From Marsupella aquatica (Eukaryota > Plantae > Marchantiophyta), in contig OZ316894.1 of assembly GCA_973895155.1 (NCBI GenBank), forward strand, positions 6,906,234 to 6,970,233: a stretch of 64,000 nucleotides of DNA, read 5' to 3'. The notes under the pieces were generated by a model, which did not search any database, had not been told where the DNA came from, and saw nothing but the letters and a program-made list of their open reading frames with translations. How positions within the stretch are numbered: the first letter of the stretch is position 1; every line of letters begins with the position of its first letter. The translations under genes were made by a program, and so were the position numbers. This document shows, one piece after another, positions 1-12,169 of the stretch.

Positions 1-519
1 TAGTCTGATCCCCACTTTTAGGTGGGATTGGTGTAAAAGAAAGTGTGCCTATAGCAAGATTCAAACTCAACAGCTCCAGCTCCCCATTCATAGGATCTAC
101 CATATAGCATACTCATCCTCGAACATGAAAAGTTATTTTGTCCTCTAGCAAAAAGTTTAAGTTTTTTAGTGAAATATAGGTGATCTATTTTTTTGTGGCA
201 AATATAAATAGGACATTGATTAGGAAGCCCGGAAGCGTGACATGAAAAGTTGTGCACATAAGGTACAAGAATAAAAGTACACATGTAAAAAAAAGTAATA
301 GTGAACAGGAAAAATTTAAGTCTATGGTATTGGGTTCTGCACATACTATACACCAGTAAAGATACTTATGTACTTATCTTAGGTAATGACACTCAAATGA
401 ATTAAAACCATAAATTTAGGACACAAAACCATGAGTAGAACTTAAAGACATGAGGAGTGCACTTCAATTAGATCATTTCTTCTTCACTAAGGGCTAGAAC
501 TTTAGTGAGCTTTGTTAAA

Positions 520-3500
520 GAATAACACATACTTTTTACAGAAAAGGGCCAAATAGAGTACAAAAGAATAAACAAGAGAGGTCCGAAGTGGACAAAACCA
601 AACGCAAAAGAAGTGAGCAAAAGGAAACCCCTAAAAACCAAGAAAGAGTAACTAAAACTACCGCAAATGGACCAAGGTCCTCATCATTCCTAGCAAATGT
701 GGCAGAAAGCTAATGGTCTACATCAAGTGTCAAAACTAAATCGGCAAGTGGGATTGGAATGTCCTCTAGGGGGGCTAGCCGCTGTGGAGTCACACTAGCA
801 CCCACTGTCAGAGATTGACGATAGATGGCCCGAGCTTGAGCACGCTGTAAGGTGACTGAAATGCGTTGGCAAAAGTGCGTGGTCAAAACAGATAGCGGGG
901 GTCCAGTGGGACCCATCCGGCCGTGAACATCCCGAGCAGCTTGGCGAAGAAGCCCATCAAAGTGATGATGGAGACGCCCAAATATCTCAAGAGCAAGGGG
1001 CAGGAAGCTATCAGATGGAGCTCGTGCAACATATTTGGCCACCTTCGTTGTTGCTGCTCGTGATGCTGCTGCCCCTGCCGTTGTTGCCGCTGTCCCAATG
1101 ATGTCTTGGCGCAATGGGTTTGCCACCACTACATCTGCCAAAGTACGGTGACCCTCACGGACCATGGTAAGATCCACCCATAACCGCTGTGATGGAGGAC
1201 CAGGTAACTCGAGCACCACCTCCCGCCGTGCGCAGACCAAAGAGCCAGAAAGAACCTGAGCAGTGGCATCTCTCACAGTATCGTGAACAAAAATGGTTTC
1301 GCCGCCCAAACTGCACCGAAGAAGATGGACACCTGTGGCATCACAAGGCTTCCCACAAGTGCAAGTAGGAGGTAAACCAGCAAGAAGTGGGTGGGGCAAG
1401 CCCATACGAAGACGCATGGCTGTCGCAAACTCCACTGAAGACATCCGTAGGTGAGGAATGACTGGATTGGCCTGAAGCCAGCCTCTTGCGCCCTTCCCTC
1501 CGGAAGAAAGAATCCGAGCTCGGTCCATGTCAGGTGCCTCGTTGAGGATGTTGGAGAGGGTGAAAGCGTGCATACGCCCAGCAAGGTCTGCCTGAAGATG
1601 GACGGGGTCCAAGGATAAAAACTCCTGAAATGAAGGTAACGCAGCTCGAACAGGATCTGGTAATGATGACCGCGCCACGCGCAAATGAACCTGAAATGGG
1701 AGGGAACCCTCCTCTACCTCCATGAGAAACGAAAGTAAAAAAGGTCGATCCTCAGTAAGGAAACGATCTGCCAACAATGAGAAGGCGGCCGCCCATGCAC
1801 CCAAAAAGGCCAAAGGTGCAAGACGCTCAGTGGAAGTAAGCCCAAAACCACCGTGAGAAATAGGAAGACTGAGCTGTCGATGAAGCCACAGAGATGAGAA
1901 CAAAGTATCTGGCCCTAAAAGCGGGCCTAAAAGAGAAGCCAAAGTCTCATGAATGGAGACATCAAACGCTCGGAGGTGTAGATACAAATCCTCCGTAGGG
2001 GGATGTGTCCGAGCCAAATAGGACGCGCGAGGGTGGATGCATTGCAATAACAACCCAAATGTTGCCTGAGAATCTCCTAACTTAGGGAGCATAGGAGTAG
2101 GGCTAAGGCAGCCTGTAGAGCGTCAGCAATGAAAGATGAGCAAAAGGAGGCGGTAGCGACTGGGGAGCCAAGGACCCGAAGACCGTCGTTTGGACGTAAG
2201 AACCCAGGGGGAAGCGCAAGATCAGAGGGTAACCCAGCTGGACTCCATGCACGACTCTTCACCGGCTGAACCCGTAAACCAAGGCCCAACAAATGGGTGG
2301 AAAGGGTGGCAAGGGCAGAAGTAACCGCAGCAGGTGGACCAATGATGTGGGTGTCATTTGAAAGGGAGGGGAAGATACACTTGGGGTGGGCCGCGGAGGC
2401 TTCCCGTAAAGCAGTAAAATGGGCAATGGCAAAAAGAGGCCCACCCAAAGGGTCACCCTGACGTGTACCTTCTGCAGAAGAAAGAGTGGTATACACTCCT
2501 GTAGAGGTGTGATGACTATAGAAGAGGGGGGCCTCGAGTCCATAAAAACAACGGACAAAGGGGATGAGGGACTGGATGTCTGGATCCACCGCCCTCAAAG
2601 CACAAAAAATTGTTGCCCGAGAAACCGTATTGAAAGCATTAGAGACATCAACCTGGAGGACAACCCAATCAGGGTGGAGGTCCAAGGTAGTACGAATACC
2701 CGCAATAACTGTCTCACAACCGCCGGGAACGCCCACTGCAAACTGATGTGGAGAGATGATCCGATAGTGCAGAGCGATACTGCGATGAAAGTGTGCGAGA
2801 CACCAGACAAAGAAAAACCTCTCCAATAGCTATGGGCCGAACACCCGGTGAAGACTTAGCCATGGCCAGTAAACGAGAAGCACTCAAAAGCCGAGAGACG
2901 GGAGGAGGTAAACGGCCGGCTACAATACACTGGCAAAAGGAGAAGAAAATTGGAAAACCAGACTGAGGATCCTCAGGGGGGAATAAATCATGAAAATGCT
3001 CAAAGACATAGCCAGAGGGGCCACCAGCCGCGCAACGCGGGGCATGGAGGAAGGCATAGGTGAAGTGGTCCCTACTAAACTGAAGATCCTCCTCAGGCTC
3101 AAAATCCTCCACGAACAAAGGGAGCTGATCATATGGCTGTGGATGGAGATCCTGAAGGGCCGTCAAGGTGACCTCGCCAGGGGGGGCTGGTGTGGTGGGA
3201 GAAAGGGCCTGGACAGCACGGCGATATTCACCAGCCTGGGCTAAACGACAAGAGCGACGAAGGCGTCGATGCTCTGGAGGATGAGAGTGGCGAGCTGGGT
3301 CAGACAAAGCACGGTAGTAAAGGAATGAGCTCGAAGAAAGTACTCTTCCTGAAGCTGTTCTCAATCTCCCTGCAGAAAACGATGGATACGAGAGGCAGTC
3401 TCACGGTGACCCACACGACCACCGTGACTAGGGAGTGAAAGAGTCCCTTGTGGAAATAGCATGAGTAAAGACCAATAGGAGACCTCGATAGGATGCGCCA

Positions 3501-3705
3501 AGATAAGCTGCATGAGTTGCAACAAGGATGACCAAACTAATGGGCGCAACGCTAGTGGGATATGGTTATAAAGGCGAGGTCTAATGTACCCTGGATGGTA
3601 GGCTGGAAGGGGGTCTAGAGTGCGAACCCAACTCCAAGCCTGCTCAGAAGCCTCAAAAGTATATCGAAGATTGAAAAATTTAGAGGGGTGCCAGATTAAA
3701 TTCAA
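520..3705 (-). mobile_element. Frameshifted, 5'-truncated non-LTR retrotransposon of the RLE type (CRE-clade-like): RT + CCHC knuckle + restriction-like endonuclease
   Basis: ORF pieces 3361-3705, 2714-3364, 2077-2826 and 710-2092 join into one protein. RT motifs: VRPIAIGE, QFAVGVPGGCE, VDVSNAFNTVSR, GTRQGDPLGGPLF, GLRVLGSP; the catalytic DD reads SND. The C-terminus has GGFGL, CTCGKPCDATGVHLLRC, HDTVRD, WVDL..LADVVV, KVAKY and FLPLALEIFG. T-rich 3' UTR at 520-709. Confidence 0.9.
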
Positions 3706-4185
3706 AATCTAAAGTATACAAGGGATGCACCTTGGTAAGACACATTGAATTAAAATACACAAGAAAAGAAGTTTGAAGATCGATTCACCATATAGCAGTT
3801 TCATTCCATAGAATCTACCACTATGCAAGACCGTGCTAGATGAAAACAAGAGAGCACTTTTTATTCTTAATCTGTTTCCGTTGCTTATACTTTGGGGAGT
3901 TAATTAATTGAACCACAAGTGCACCTGTAACGAGCTACTGGTAACCAGTATAACTCATTGTAAAGTGCAACTCATTGTAAAGCTCATTTTAAAGTGCACA
4001 GGATTTGGAATGGGTTTTGGAAATGTGCTTGAGTGCAGAAACCTTTGTATTTAAGACCTCCACAAAAGGTGCTCTGCAAAACCTTTGTGTTTAAGAGCTC
4101 CACAAAAAGTGCTGAGTGCTCTACCTTTTATACCTTTTGTATGTTGTGAGGCATGGAATGGGGCTTTATAGGGACAGGTGTGGCT

Positions 4186-4775
4186 TTCCAGGGACCTGCC
4201 CCTGACATCTACTTTCCAAGTGTCCCTCGGGGAGGCATCTACTTTTCCAGTGTCCCTCGGGGAGGCATCTACTTTCCAAGTGTCCCTCGGGGAGGCATCT
4301 ATTTCCCAGTGACCCATAGGGAGACATCTACTTTCCAAGGATTTTACTTTTTCGCTATAGTGACCCATAGGGAGACATCTACTTTCCAAGGATTTTACTT
4401 TTTCGCTATAGTGTGGCGAATGTACAGTGTGTGAAGGAGAAGATGCTCACAAGATGGAGACATCTACTTTCCAAGTATTTTACTTTTCACTATAGTGTGG
4501 CGAATGTACACTGAAGGAGAAGATGCTCAAAAGATTCACTATTCAATTATTTATTGCCAGTTATGTGCGAAGAAGAAGATGCTCAAAAGATTCACTATTC
4601 AATTATTTATTGACAGTTATGTGTGAAGAAGAAGATTCTCAAAAGATTCTCTATTTAATTATTTCCTTGATAGTTAGATCTCCTTACATGTAAGGGTTAC
4701 CGTTAGATTCTTACATTTAAGGATAGTCAGATCTCCTTACATGTAAGGGTCACCGTTAGATTCTTACATTTAAGG
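4186..4775. repeat. Nested tandem repeat arrays (30-bp, ~51-bp and 52-bp units)
   Basis: CATCTACTTTCCAAGTGTCCCTCGGGGAGG occurs about 3.5 times (4206-4310). ~51-bp units sharing CATCTACTTTCCAAG follow, then AGAAGATGCTCAAAAGATTCACTATT units, then two 52-bp copies containing the palindrome CCTTACATGTAAGG. Confidence 0.9.
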
Positions 4776-6010
4776 CTGACAATTAGATTCTGGCTAATGG
4801 GACCTGGTGTAAAACTGGCTAATGAGACAGCAAAATAGTAGCGAACGAATTTTGGGGAGGTGGAATTTGGGGAAATTTTCGCTTCTAAAAGAAACTCTGC
4901 CAGTGACCCCATAGCCCCTGACCTCTACTTTCCAGGAAAACTAGTGACTAGTCCCTGGAAAGTAGACCGATCATTGAAGTAGACCCATCATTGACCCCGT
5001 AGCCCTGACATCTACTTTCGAGGAATCGAGGGAGACGAGAGTCTGAAAAGTAGAGCGATCGTTGAGGTGATTCCGTGATTGGTCGAGTACATCTCCAAAG
5101 AGGAAGGTGTGGCCGACGGGTTCGGTTGCAAGATATTATTTAAGAAAGATGTTTACAATAAGACATTGACCCACTCACGCTGCTCTGAATCGTCTCGCCT
5201 GTCGCCATTCCTGTGGAGGAAACATTCGCCGCTCCTCGTGCTGTGGTTCGATGTTCAGTCATTCGTGTGGCTGGAAATGAGCAACTTCGTGAGAGCGCTT
5301 TAACGACAGCCTCCCTACTCATCACAACGCCGATTCCGTTGAAATTGGCAGAATTGTAGGCTGCATGTTATCCGACAATTTGCTGCGATAGTTTTATTCC
5401 TCCGTCTGCGTACAATATTGAAATCGCTCATCCCCTCGCTCTTTCTGGGCAAAATTCATTAGCGAGGATTGCGTCGCCACTGTCGGTTGTTCCGTTATTT
5501 TTGAAATTCGCTCATGTGACTTTTCTGTGAATTCGGTTCAATCGTGGGTGTGGAAGGCCTGTAGAGTTTGCCATTCTCCTCTTGTCATCGCTCTCTCTGC
5601 AGAATGGTGCTGCCATGAGAGAGGCTTGACCTTGAAAAAAATTGTTCATTCTTTCATTTCTTTTCTCCAACGGACTCCCGGTGTTGCGACTTGCGCTTTC
5701 TGAGTGTAGGCTGATTTTCGTAAGTTAGTGCCTCGATGTCCTTCTGTGGAGATTGAGGCACATCGTCTAGTTGAAGAATTCATTATCTTTTTCCTTTTTG
5801 AGTCTTTCCTCGTCGTATATTGCCTCCCATCACTGGTTTCTCCTATGCATGAGGGCACTGCCTGTACCAATTCACTGCGTACAAAATTTGTGTCTTGACA
5901 GCCTCCCCGGCAGCAAATTTTCCCAAACGCAGGCTCTCTGTTCTCCGTAAGTAGGTCTCATTTATTGGCCATTGTCTCCTCCTTGGTCTCCGAGCCTTGG
6001 CAATCTAGTC

Positions 6011-9000
6011 ATGGTGCTATTGCGCACTATTCTGAGTGCGCCTACCCTTAACCTGTCACCCACCCGACACCTTCTCTTATCTCGTTGGCATTCCTCCTCT
6101 CTTCACTACTATAGTGCAGTTCGTTCAAATTGCTCAGTTGCTGCTGGAGCTGGCGACTTTAAATGGCTCGCTCACGGCAAGAGTCGCTCGCTGAAAGAAT
6201 ATCGGCTCCAACGAATGCTGGCGGTATCGAATTTGAGCTTTGAGAGGTGTGCGAGTGGGTTTCCCAGCAGAAGCAAGGGCAGCGAAGATTTAGCTCTAAC
6301 TCGAGTTCAATGCCTAAGCACTGCCGCTTCAGGCAAAGGACTATCAATCAGATTTCCTGTCACTTTGGAAGAGAACACTATCCTTGACAGGAACGCTCAG
6401 GTTTCGAAATCTCTTGCTGTTATTTCCGTGCTAGAACATACTCTCGGGATAAAATAGATGCGGGAGGATCTGTTTAAGTTTAATTCATGGAAAAAAACTG
6501 CCGAGACATGTGAGACAGATGATGGTGGGTAGCTGAACAACAGATGCATGGATATTTTGACGTTCCTAGAGATCTGCATTTCAGAATCGAGGTGTTTTTC
6601 TAGAGATGAAACTTTCTTTTCAATCCAGCAATAAACTAGGAGTTCTTCCCAAGCATTTTTTGTTTTCTGAGCAACTGAAGCAGATGGGATGCGCGCGGTA
6701 GGGTCAAACACACTTAACAATCTTCCTAAGAGACAGAGTTTGGTTTATTGAACCTTTGATTTTTGTATTTTGATAGGCAGCTGCAGACCAGATTAAGATC
6801 GATGGAGCGTTGGTATTGAGTATGGTGGCTGAGAAATTCGAAAATATGGAGGACACCCAGACAGTGGAGCTTTCCCTAGTTCTCTGTAACGATCCATTTA
6901 TTCAGGATCTAAATTCCAAGTGGCTGGGGAAGGAAAGCCCTACTGATGTGCTATCATTCCCACAGGATCAGGAACCTGGCTTAACGCCTCATGTAAGTGG
7001 TCAATAGTAGTCAGCTTTAGAAAACTTAGTTTCTAAACCTTTCATCAGCCTCTTTCCTATATTTGATCAACTCTAGCAAAGTAATGCTCAGATGCGACGT
7101 GTGCCTCAGTGGAACTGTTAATTTGCATCAAAGACTGCTTCTAGTGAGAATTGAGCTGTCGAATGCAAATGGCTGAACCCATGTGATTGAATGTTGGCCT
7201 TCCGAAGAGTTCCGTCATTTATGGGTTCTTTGGGTAATAATCATTCATCTTCCATTAAGATTGCCGGACCTGTTTGATGCTGGTAGAAATATTGCTTTCA
7301 AAAAGTTGATGACAACGTAGGTTTATACTGTCTTCATTTGCTACCCTAGATTGCGCAGTTGTACAGGATATTACGTGAACAAAACTAGCAAATCGTCTTG
7401 TCAGCCGAGGGCATAGATTCGTAATTCAACGAGGTTCGGTTTTCCAGCCAGCAATTGCATCTTTAGTTTTGATGGTGCAGACTGTTGTTATGTTTGGATA
7501 TGTGGAAGTGAGAAGTGTGGGGCCCTTGACAGTGATTGCATTTGCAAAATTCTGACAGTGAGTCATCGTTATTTTCAAATGGATTTACAGCTTTTATTGG
7601 GTGATGTCATAATATCACTTGACACGGCAGCAAGGCAAGCTGAGGAAAGGGGTCACACCCTTCTGGATGAATTACGAATCCTGTTGGTACGATCACTTGC
7701 ATCTTTCTTCTGCGCAGCCTTTCAATGGAGATTGAGAAGTAAACGGATTGATCAAATTTAAACGTTCCTGACACAGTTCCACAATAACGGATTCTATCAC
7801 CGAAGTACTAATTTCTTAATTTCTGCAGGTTCATGGGTTACTCCACGTTCTGGGGTATGACCATGAGCTTGGTCCAGACTACAGTAAGGAGATGGAGGAG
7901 AAAGAGACTCAAATTTTGAACGATCTTGGCTGGAAGGGAAAGGGTCTAATCACAGCGACCCATGGAAGCACCTCTGAAGGTGTTGCAGAAAGTAATAAAT
8001 CCGCAAGCTGATTCCTGCTGTTTTGCTCCTTCATCCAACCCCCTCTGGGCCGTCTAGTTTTGTGGCCTGTATGTTTACTTCTCTATTACGTCAGTTGACA
8101 TGCTGTACACTGTAGCATCGTTATTTTAAGCAATCTTCAGCCATATCCCTTTACTTATCTATATGACGTAATTCGTGCTGTGACCATTTTCTCCCGCAAA
8201 AACCCTAACTTCCACCCTCGCTCAAAAGACATTTAGGTTTGATATCGTATTTGTGACATCTGATATGCAAGTTTGAACTTGTAACTTTTAAAATAAGGTT
8301 CAAGATCTTTCAAAGAAGATGAACGATTAGTTTGGTACGACAGGTGACCGTCTCAAAGTACTCCAGACTTGATCTTACCAAAGTGCTTACCAGATATGAT
8401 CTACCCGCACATCAGATTTCCAAGGTCTATTTTCATTTTGTTCACTTTGATCGCAGGCATTAGGTTGGACGAGCCAGCGCGGAAGCCGCCACCAAAACCT
8501 GCCTTCAAGTTCCTGTTTTGTGACATGGATGGTATGTGGCAATAATTTTATAATGTCTGGTTTCACCCTTGCCATAGAACGTGAAGTACCCCTAGGTCAA
8601 TTTATCAACCAAACTTGTTATAATTAATTCGTTGTGGCAGGTTTTTCACTAGACGTTGGCATGCTAGATATGAACTTGCCACATTTTCTGGCAATGTGTT
8701 ATTTATGTGGAACGCGGATTGTTTCCAAATTAGCTCAAAGGGATATTTGAATAATGTGAAAGGTGATTTTTCTCGGTGCAGGGACTCTTCTCAATGAAAA
8801 GGGCAGAATAACAGAAGCAACTGCGGCTGCTCTAAGAGCAGCCATGGCGAAGGGTGTGCAGGTCGTCATTGCTACAGGCAAGGTGCTAGTTGGCAAACCT
8901 CATTCATACATGGGCAGTTGGGAATTTTAGCCTAAGCATTGAAATTTTGCAGAAAGTCATCGCGTGAATTGTTGTTTATGAGTTGTCTAGTGGTGCAAAC

Positions 9001-11521
9001 ATATTGGCTTGCTGTACCTAGATTTTGTTACATCGTCAATGATTGTTTGCCTATGTACCTAATAAATTTGGACAGCGAGCACAATGACTGAACGATTGAT
9101 GGAAGTTCTCAAACTCTATTTCTGGCACGCCAAGGTCCTTCGTTGTTTAGCAATACAAGATCTTTTAAATACTCGCTTACAATATGCAGTGGCACCCTAC
9201 AGACCCAATATGGAGCTATGGCTTCCCTAAGGCCTGTGGGCCTTACCGGTGAAGGTGGAATAATTTCAACTACCTCACCGGGAGTCTTCACTCAGGTATC
9301 AGTTGTATCAATCATTAATTTGTTTGATTACTTTGAAAAGCTTCCGGACAATCTTGTATCTGATTTTCTTGTAGGTGTTATTTCTCCTATCGAGGTTTGC
9401 TGGTTTGAGGTTTTGAACCCTTTATTTGCACGCAGCTAGGAAAAGGAAACCACTGCGAAAGATGAAATCGTATTCCTGATACTCTGACTCTAGACAATAG
9501 ACAGTGAACTCTAGTAGTAATTTAAATCTGCCTGCTGCAGGGATTGCAAGTGCATGGGAAGGGCGGATCTGTAATCTACAGAGCAGTTCTGGATCCAGCA
9601 ATTGTTAAAGAGGTAAGATTCTCGTTCTACTATGAAAAACAAAAGGTTACCAAGTATGAAGAGAAGGAACGGAAAAATCCGTCAAGAACTTCGAGAAAGA
9701 GTTTAGTCCAGCAGAAGTAAAACAACAAAATCCTATACTAAGCCAATCAGATGTTTTGGCCCCAGCTAAAACTTTTATGCTCAACAGCATCGTTCCTATG
9801 AAAGATGAGAGTAAGCTACTTCACAAGCCCAGAATGCATTACTTTAAATGGTTCAAAAGCAATGAATTTACCTTACATTTTGGAGAGTGGTCCACCGTAC
9901 TGTCTTGGCTGCAAGCCATCGGAGGTGGGGATTGCAATGACGCTTTGATGGTGCTGTGAGGGTGTGCAGGCGTTTGATTATTCAATGGAGCACAATCTTC
10001 CAGCCGTAGGGTTTAGTGCTAATCGCATAGTAACCCTTTTTCGACATAAGTTGACAGATGTCTTACATGATCTCTATATGGAGCCTAAGGTGGGTCTCAT
10101 CGAAGGGTTCCTTTCAGACTGTGCAGGCCTTTTTCTACTCATTGGATTATAGTATTTCAGCTACAGGCTTTCTGGAAATGGTATGGTGGCCCGGTTCAAA
10201 ACTCAATTAACAATTGTCGTAGAAACCGTCTAGTCTATCATCACTTATTGCCAAAAGCATCTGCGGTCATAATCTGCCCCAAACAGAAAGTGCACTGCAG
10301 TAGCCATGAGATCGCTTTGCAATAAATGATGATGGACTGCAAATACGGTCCAGGTCTGAGGTACTGTTATAATGCAGTAGTTTAACATACCCGTTCAAAG
10401 TGCAACCCCCTTTCCTTCATATTTGATCTAATAGCACCAGTAGTCTTGCATAAGGAATCTTGCGAGAGTGAGAAAGAGTCCGATTAATGAAGTTGATATT
10501 CATGTCGCGAGACGAAATGCCTAGGTTGTTACGACATGTTGTGACAAGCTCCTTGGGACGTTTTTCTATTAGCGGCTTCATATCTTGGCTGACATCTGGT
10601 TTGATGTACTGCCGTGGAATGTAGGCTGAAGTTGTATCGTCCCTAGATGACTTGATGGCTTCTTGTCCAGTTCAGGTGTGTGATCTGGAACTTTTATCCC
10701 ATGCTCATAGTAGTTGCCGATTTGGGATGGTGGGTTCCTCGCGTTGAGGTTATGGACAGTGTGGCCTTGAATCCTTGATTTATGTCCTGAGTTGATCATG
10801 ACGAAGATAAGAGTCAAATCATTCTATGTTGATTGCATAGTCTGGTGGGATGGTGTGCAGAAACTTCTGCTTTATGACACCCCAGAATCCATAAAATTCA
10901 CAGTACGCCCATATTGGGCTGCAAAATATCAAGGTCAAATAACGTTGGTGCAAGCAGTTGATGACATGCTAGAGTTGCTCCCTCCTGGGCAATCAAAAGG
11001 TGCAGGGGTGAAGATGCTGCTAGATCATTTAGGTGCATCACCAGAAGAGGTAGGTCTACAATTGACGAGGTTGATCACGATTTGTCGTTGGGAGTTACAA
11101 ATGCTCTTAAGGATGCTGCGACTAAAACAATTACCACATCAATGGGTTATATTATTTGAGATTAGGGCCGAAAGTTTGCTCAAGTTCTTGGTTTCGGGAG
11201 ATACAGTTGGCTGCAAAGTTTTTGATATCACACTTGGAAGACTATTGTATATTTGTGAAGCGTGGTTACTGCACTTAAAAGAGGATCGTTTATGAAAAAC
11301 TTAGTTCCATGAAGTGTGAAGGGAATAACTTGTGGGAATCTTACTTACAGATAATGGCTCTTGGAGATGGCGAGAATGATTTTGAAATGCTTCAACTCGC
11401 TGGATGGGGTGTAGCAATGGCCAATGGGTGTGCTAAAACAAAAGCTGCAGCAAATGCTGTGACTGGTAGTAATAGAGAAGATGGTGCTGCACAAGCTATT
11501 CATAGATACATCCTGTCGTAG
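6011..11521 (+). CDS. YBEY: Plant organellar YbeY endoribonuclease fused to a Cof-type HAD hydrolase (about 12 exons)
   Basis: Exons give the YbeY motifs PTDVLSFP, LGDVIIS and VHGLLHVLGYDHE (H3xH5xH metal site). HAD motifs FCDMDGTLL, IATGK, SKGAG and ALGDGENDFEML follow. The N-terminus is Ser/Arg-rich and transit-peptide-like. GT-AG introns keep phase. Confidence 0.93.
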
Positions 11522-12169
11522 CTGCTCTGTAACATTCACGACAGCTCAATATATTATGCCGTCGTTAATTTCGTTTTCAAAACTTATTTTGGGTTACATT
11601 GGGTCTGATTTTTCGAAGTTCATGTTAGGGGATGTGTGCGCTCCGGCCAAACTGGCTGTGAATCAATTGCTCTAGATCCATCCGTTGTGATACTGTGAAA
11701 CAAACAGTAATTACAGAACAGAGCCAGTGAATCTGTGGTTTCCAAAACTGCCTGACTTGTGATGGTTGAGACAGTCTGACTACTGATCTTGGTGTCCTAT
11801 GACATGCAAACTGCTCCTCAGTGTCGTTTGCAATCACATTCTTTGCTGCTAATCTCTTTGGATGCGTCGCTTACCACAACCTCGAGATTTGAGCTTGTTG
11901 AGTTCTTGTGAGAGGAACACCCTCTACGTCACAGTTCGTCCCAGGGACTGGGGTGCAACATGGATAATCTGCAAAATAAATCTGAACTGTGTGGACTTCA
12001 GAGGAGGGCTATTGCTACATGTAAATGTTCCAAGTCACAGTCATTAATGCCAACTGGTGTTAAACTACACCTGAAAAACATGGGTTCCGTGATAAAGCAA
12101 CGGAGCGAGGGGTTAGACAGATATGCACTGGTGCTCTGACAAGCAAATCATCCATAAGGTGTTAGATAC

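Larger units (their letters stand above)
1..5149 (-). mobile_element. Probable non-autonomous Helitron, interrupted by a non-LTR retrotransposon
   Basis: The minus strand starts A|TCTTTCTTAAATAATAT at 5150/5149, matching a Helitron-type 5' TC after an A. It ends with hairpin CCCAC-CTAAAA-GTGGG followed about 7 nt later by CTA at the window edge; the expected final G of CTAG would be base 0 and is not visible. Internal tandem repeats lie at 4190-5050. No RepHel ORF was seen. Confidence 0.45.

Noticed and set aside
4186-4700. CRISPR-like regular repeats
   Set aside because: The units are head-to-tail with no unique spacers, there are no cas genes, and the context is eukaryotic.
10324-10360. 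ATGATGA...CTGA as an intronic C/D snoRNA
   Set aside because: Only about 35 nt separate the boxes and no rRNA guide is recognisable.
6011-11521. YbeY-HAD fusion as a novel architecture
   Set aside because: This fusion is the known standard form of plant chloroplast YbeY.
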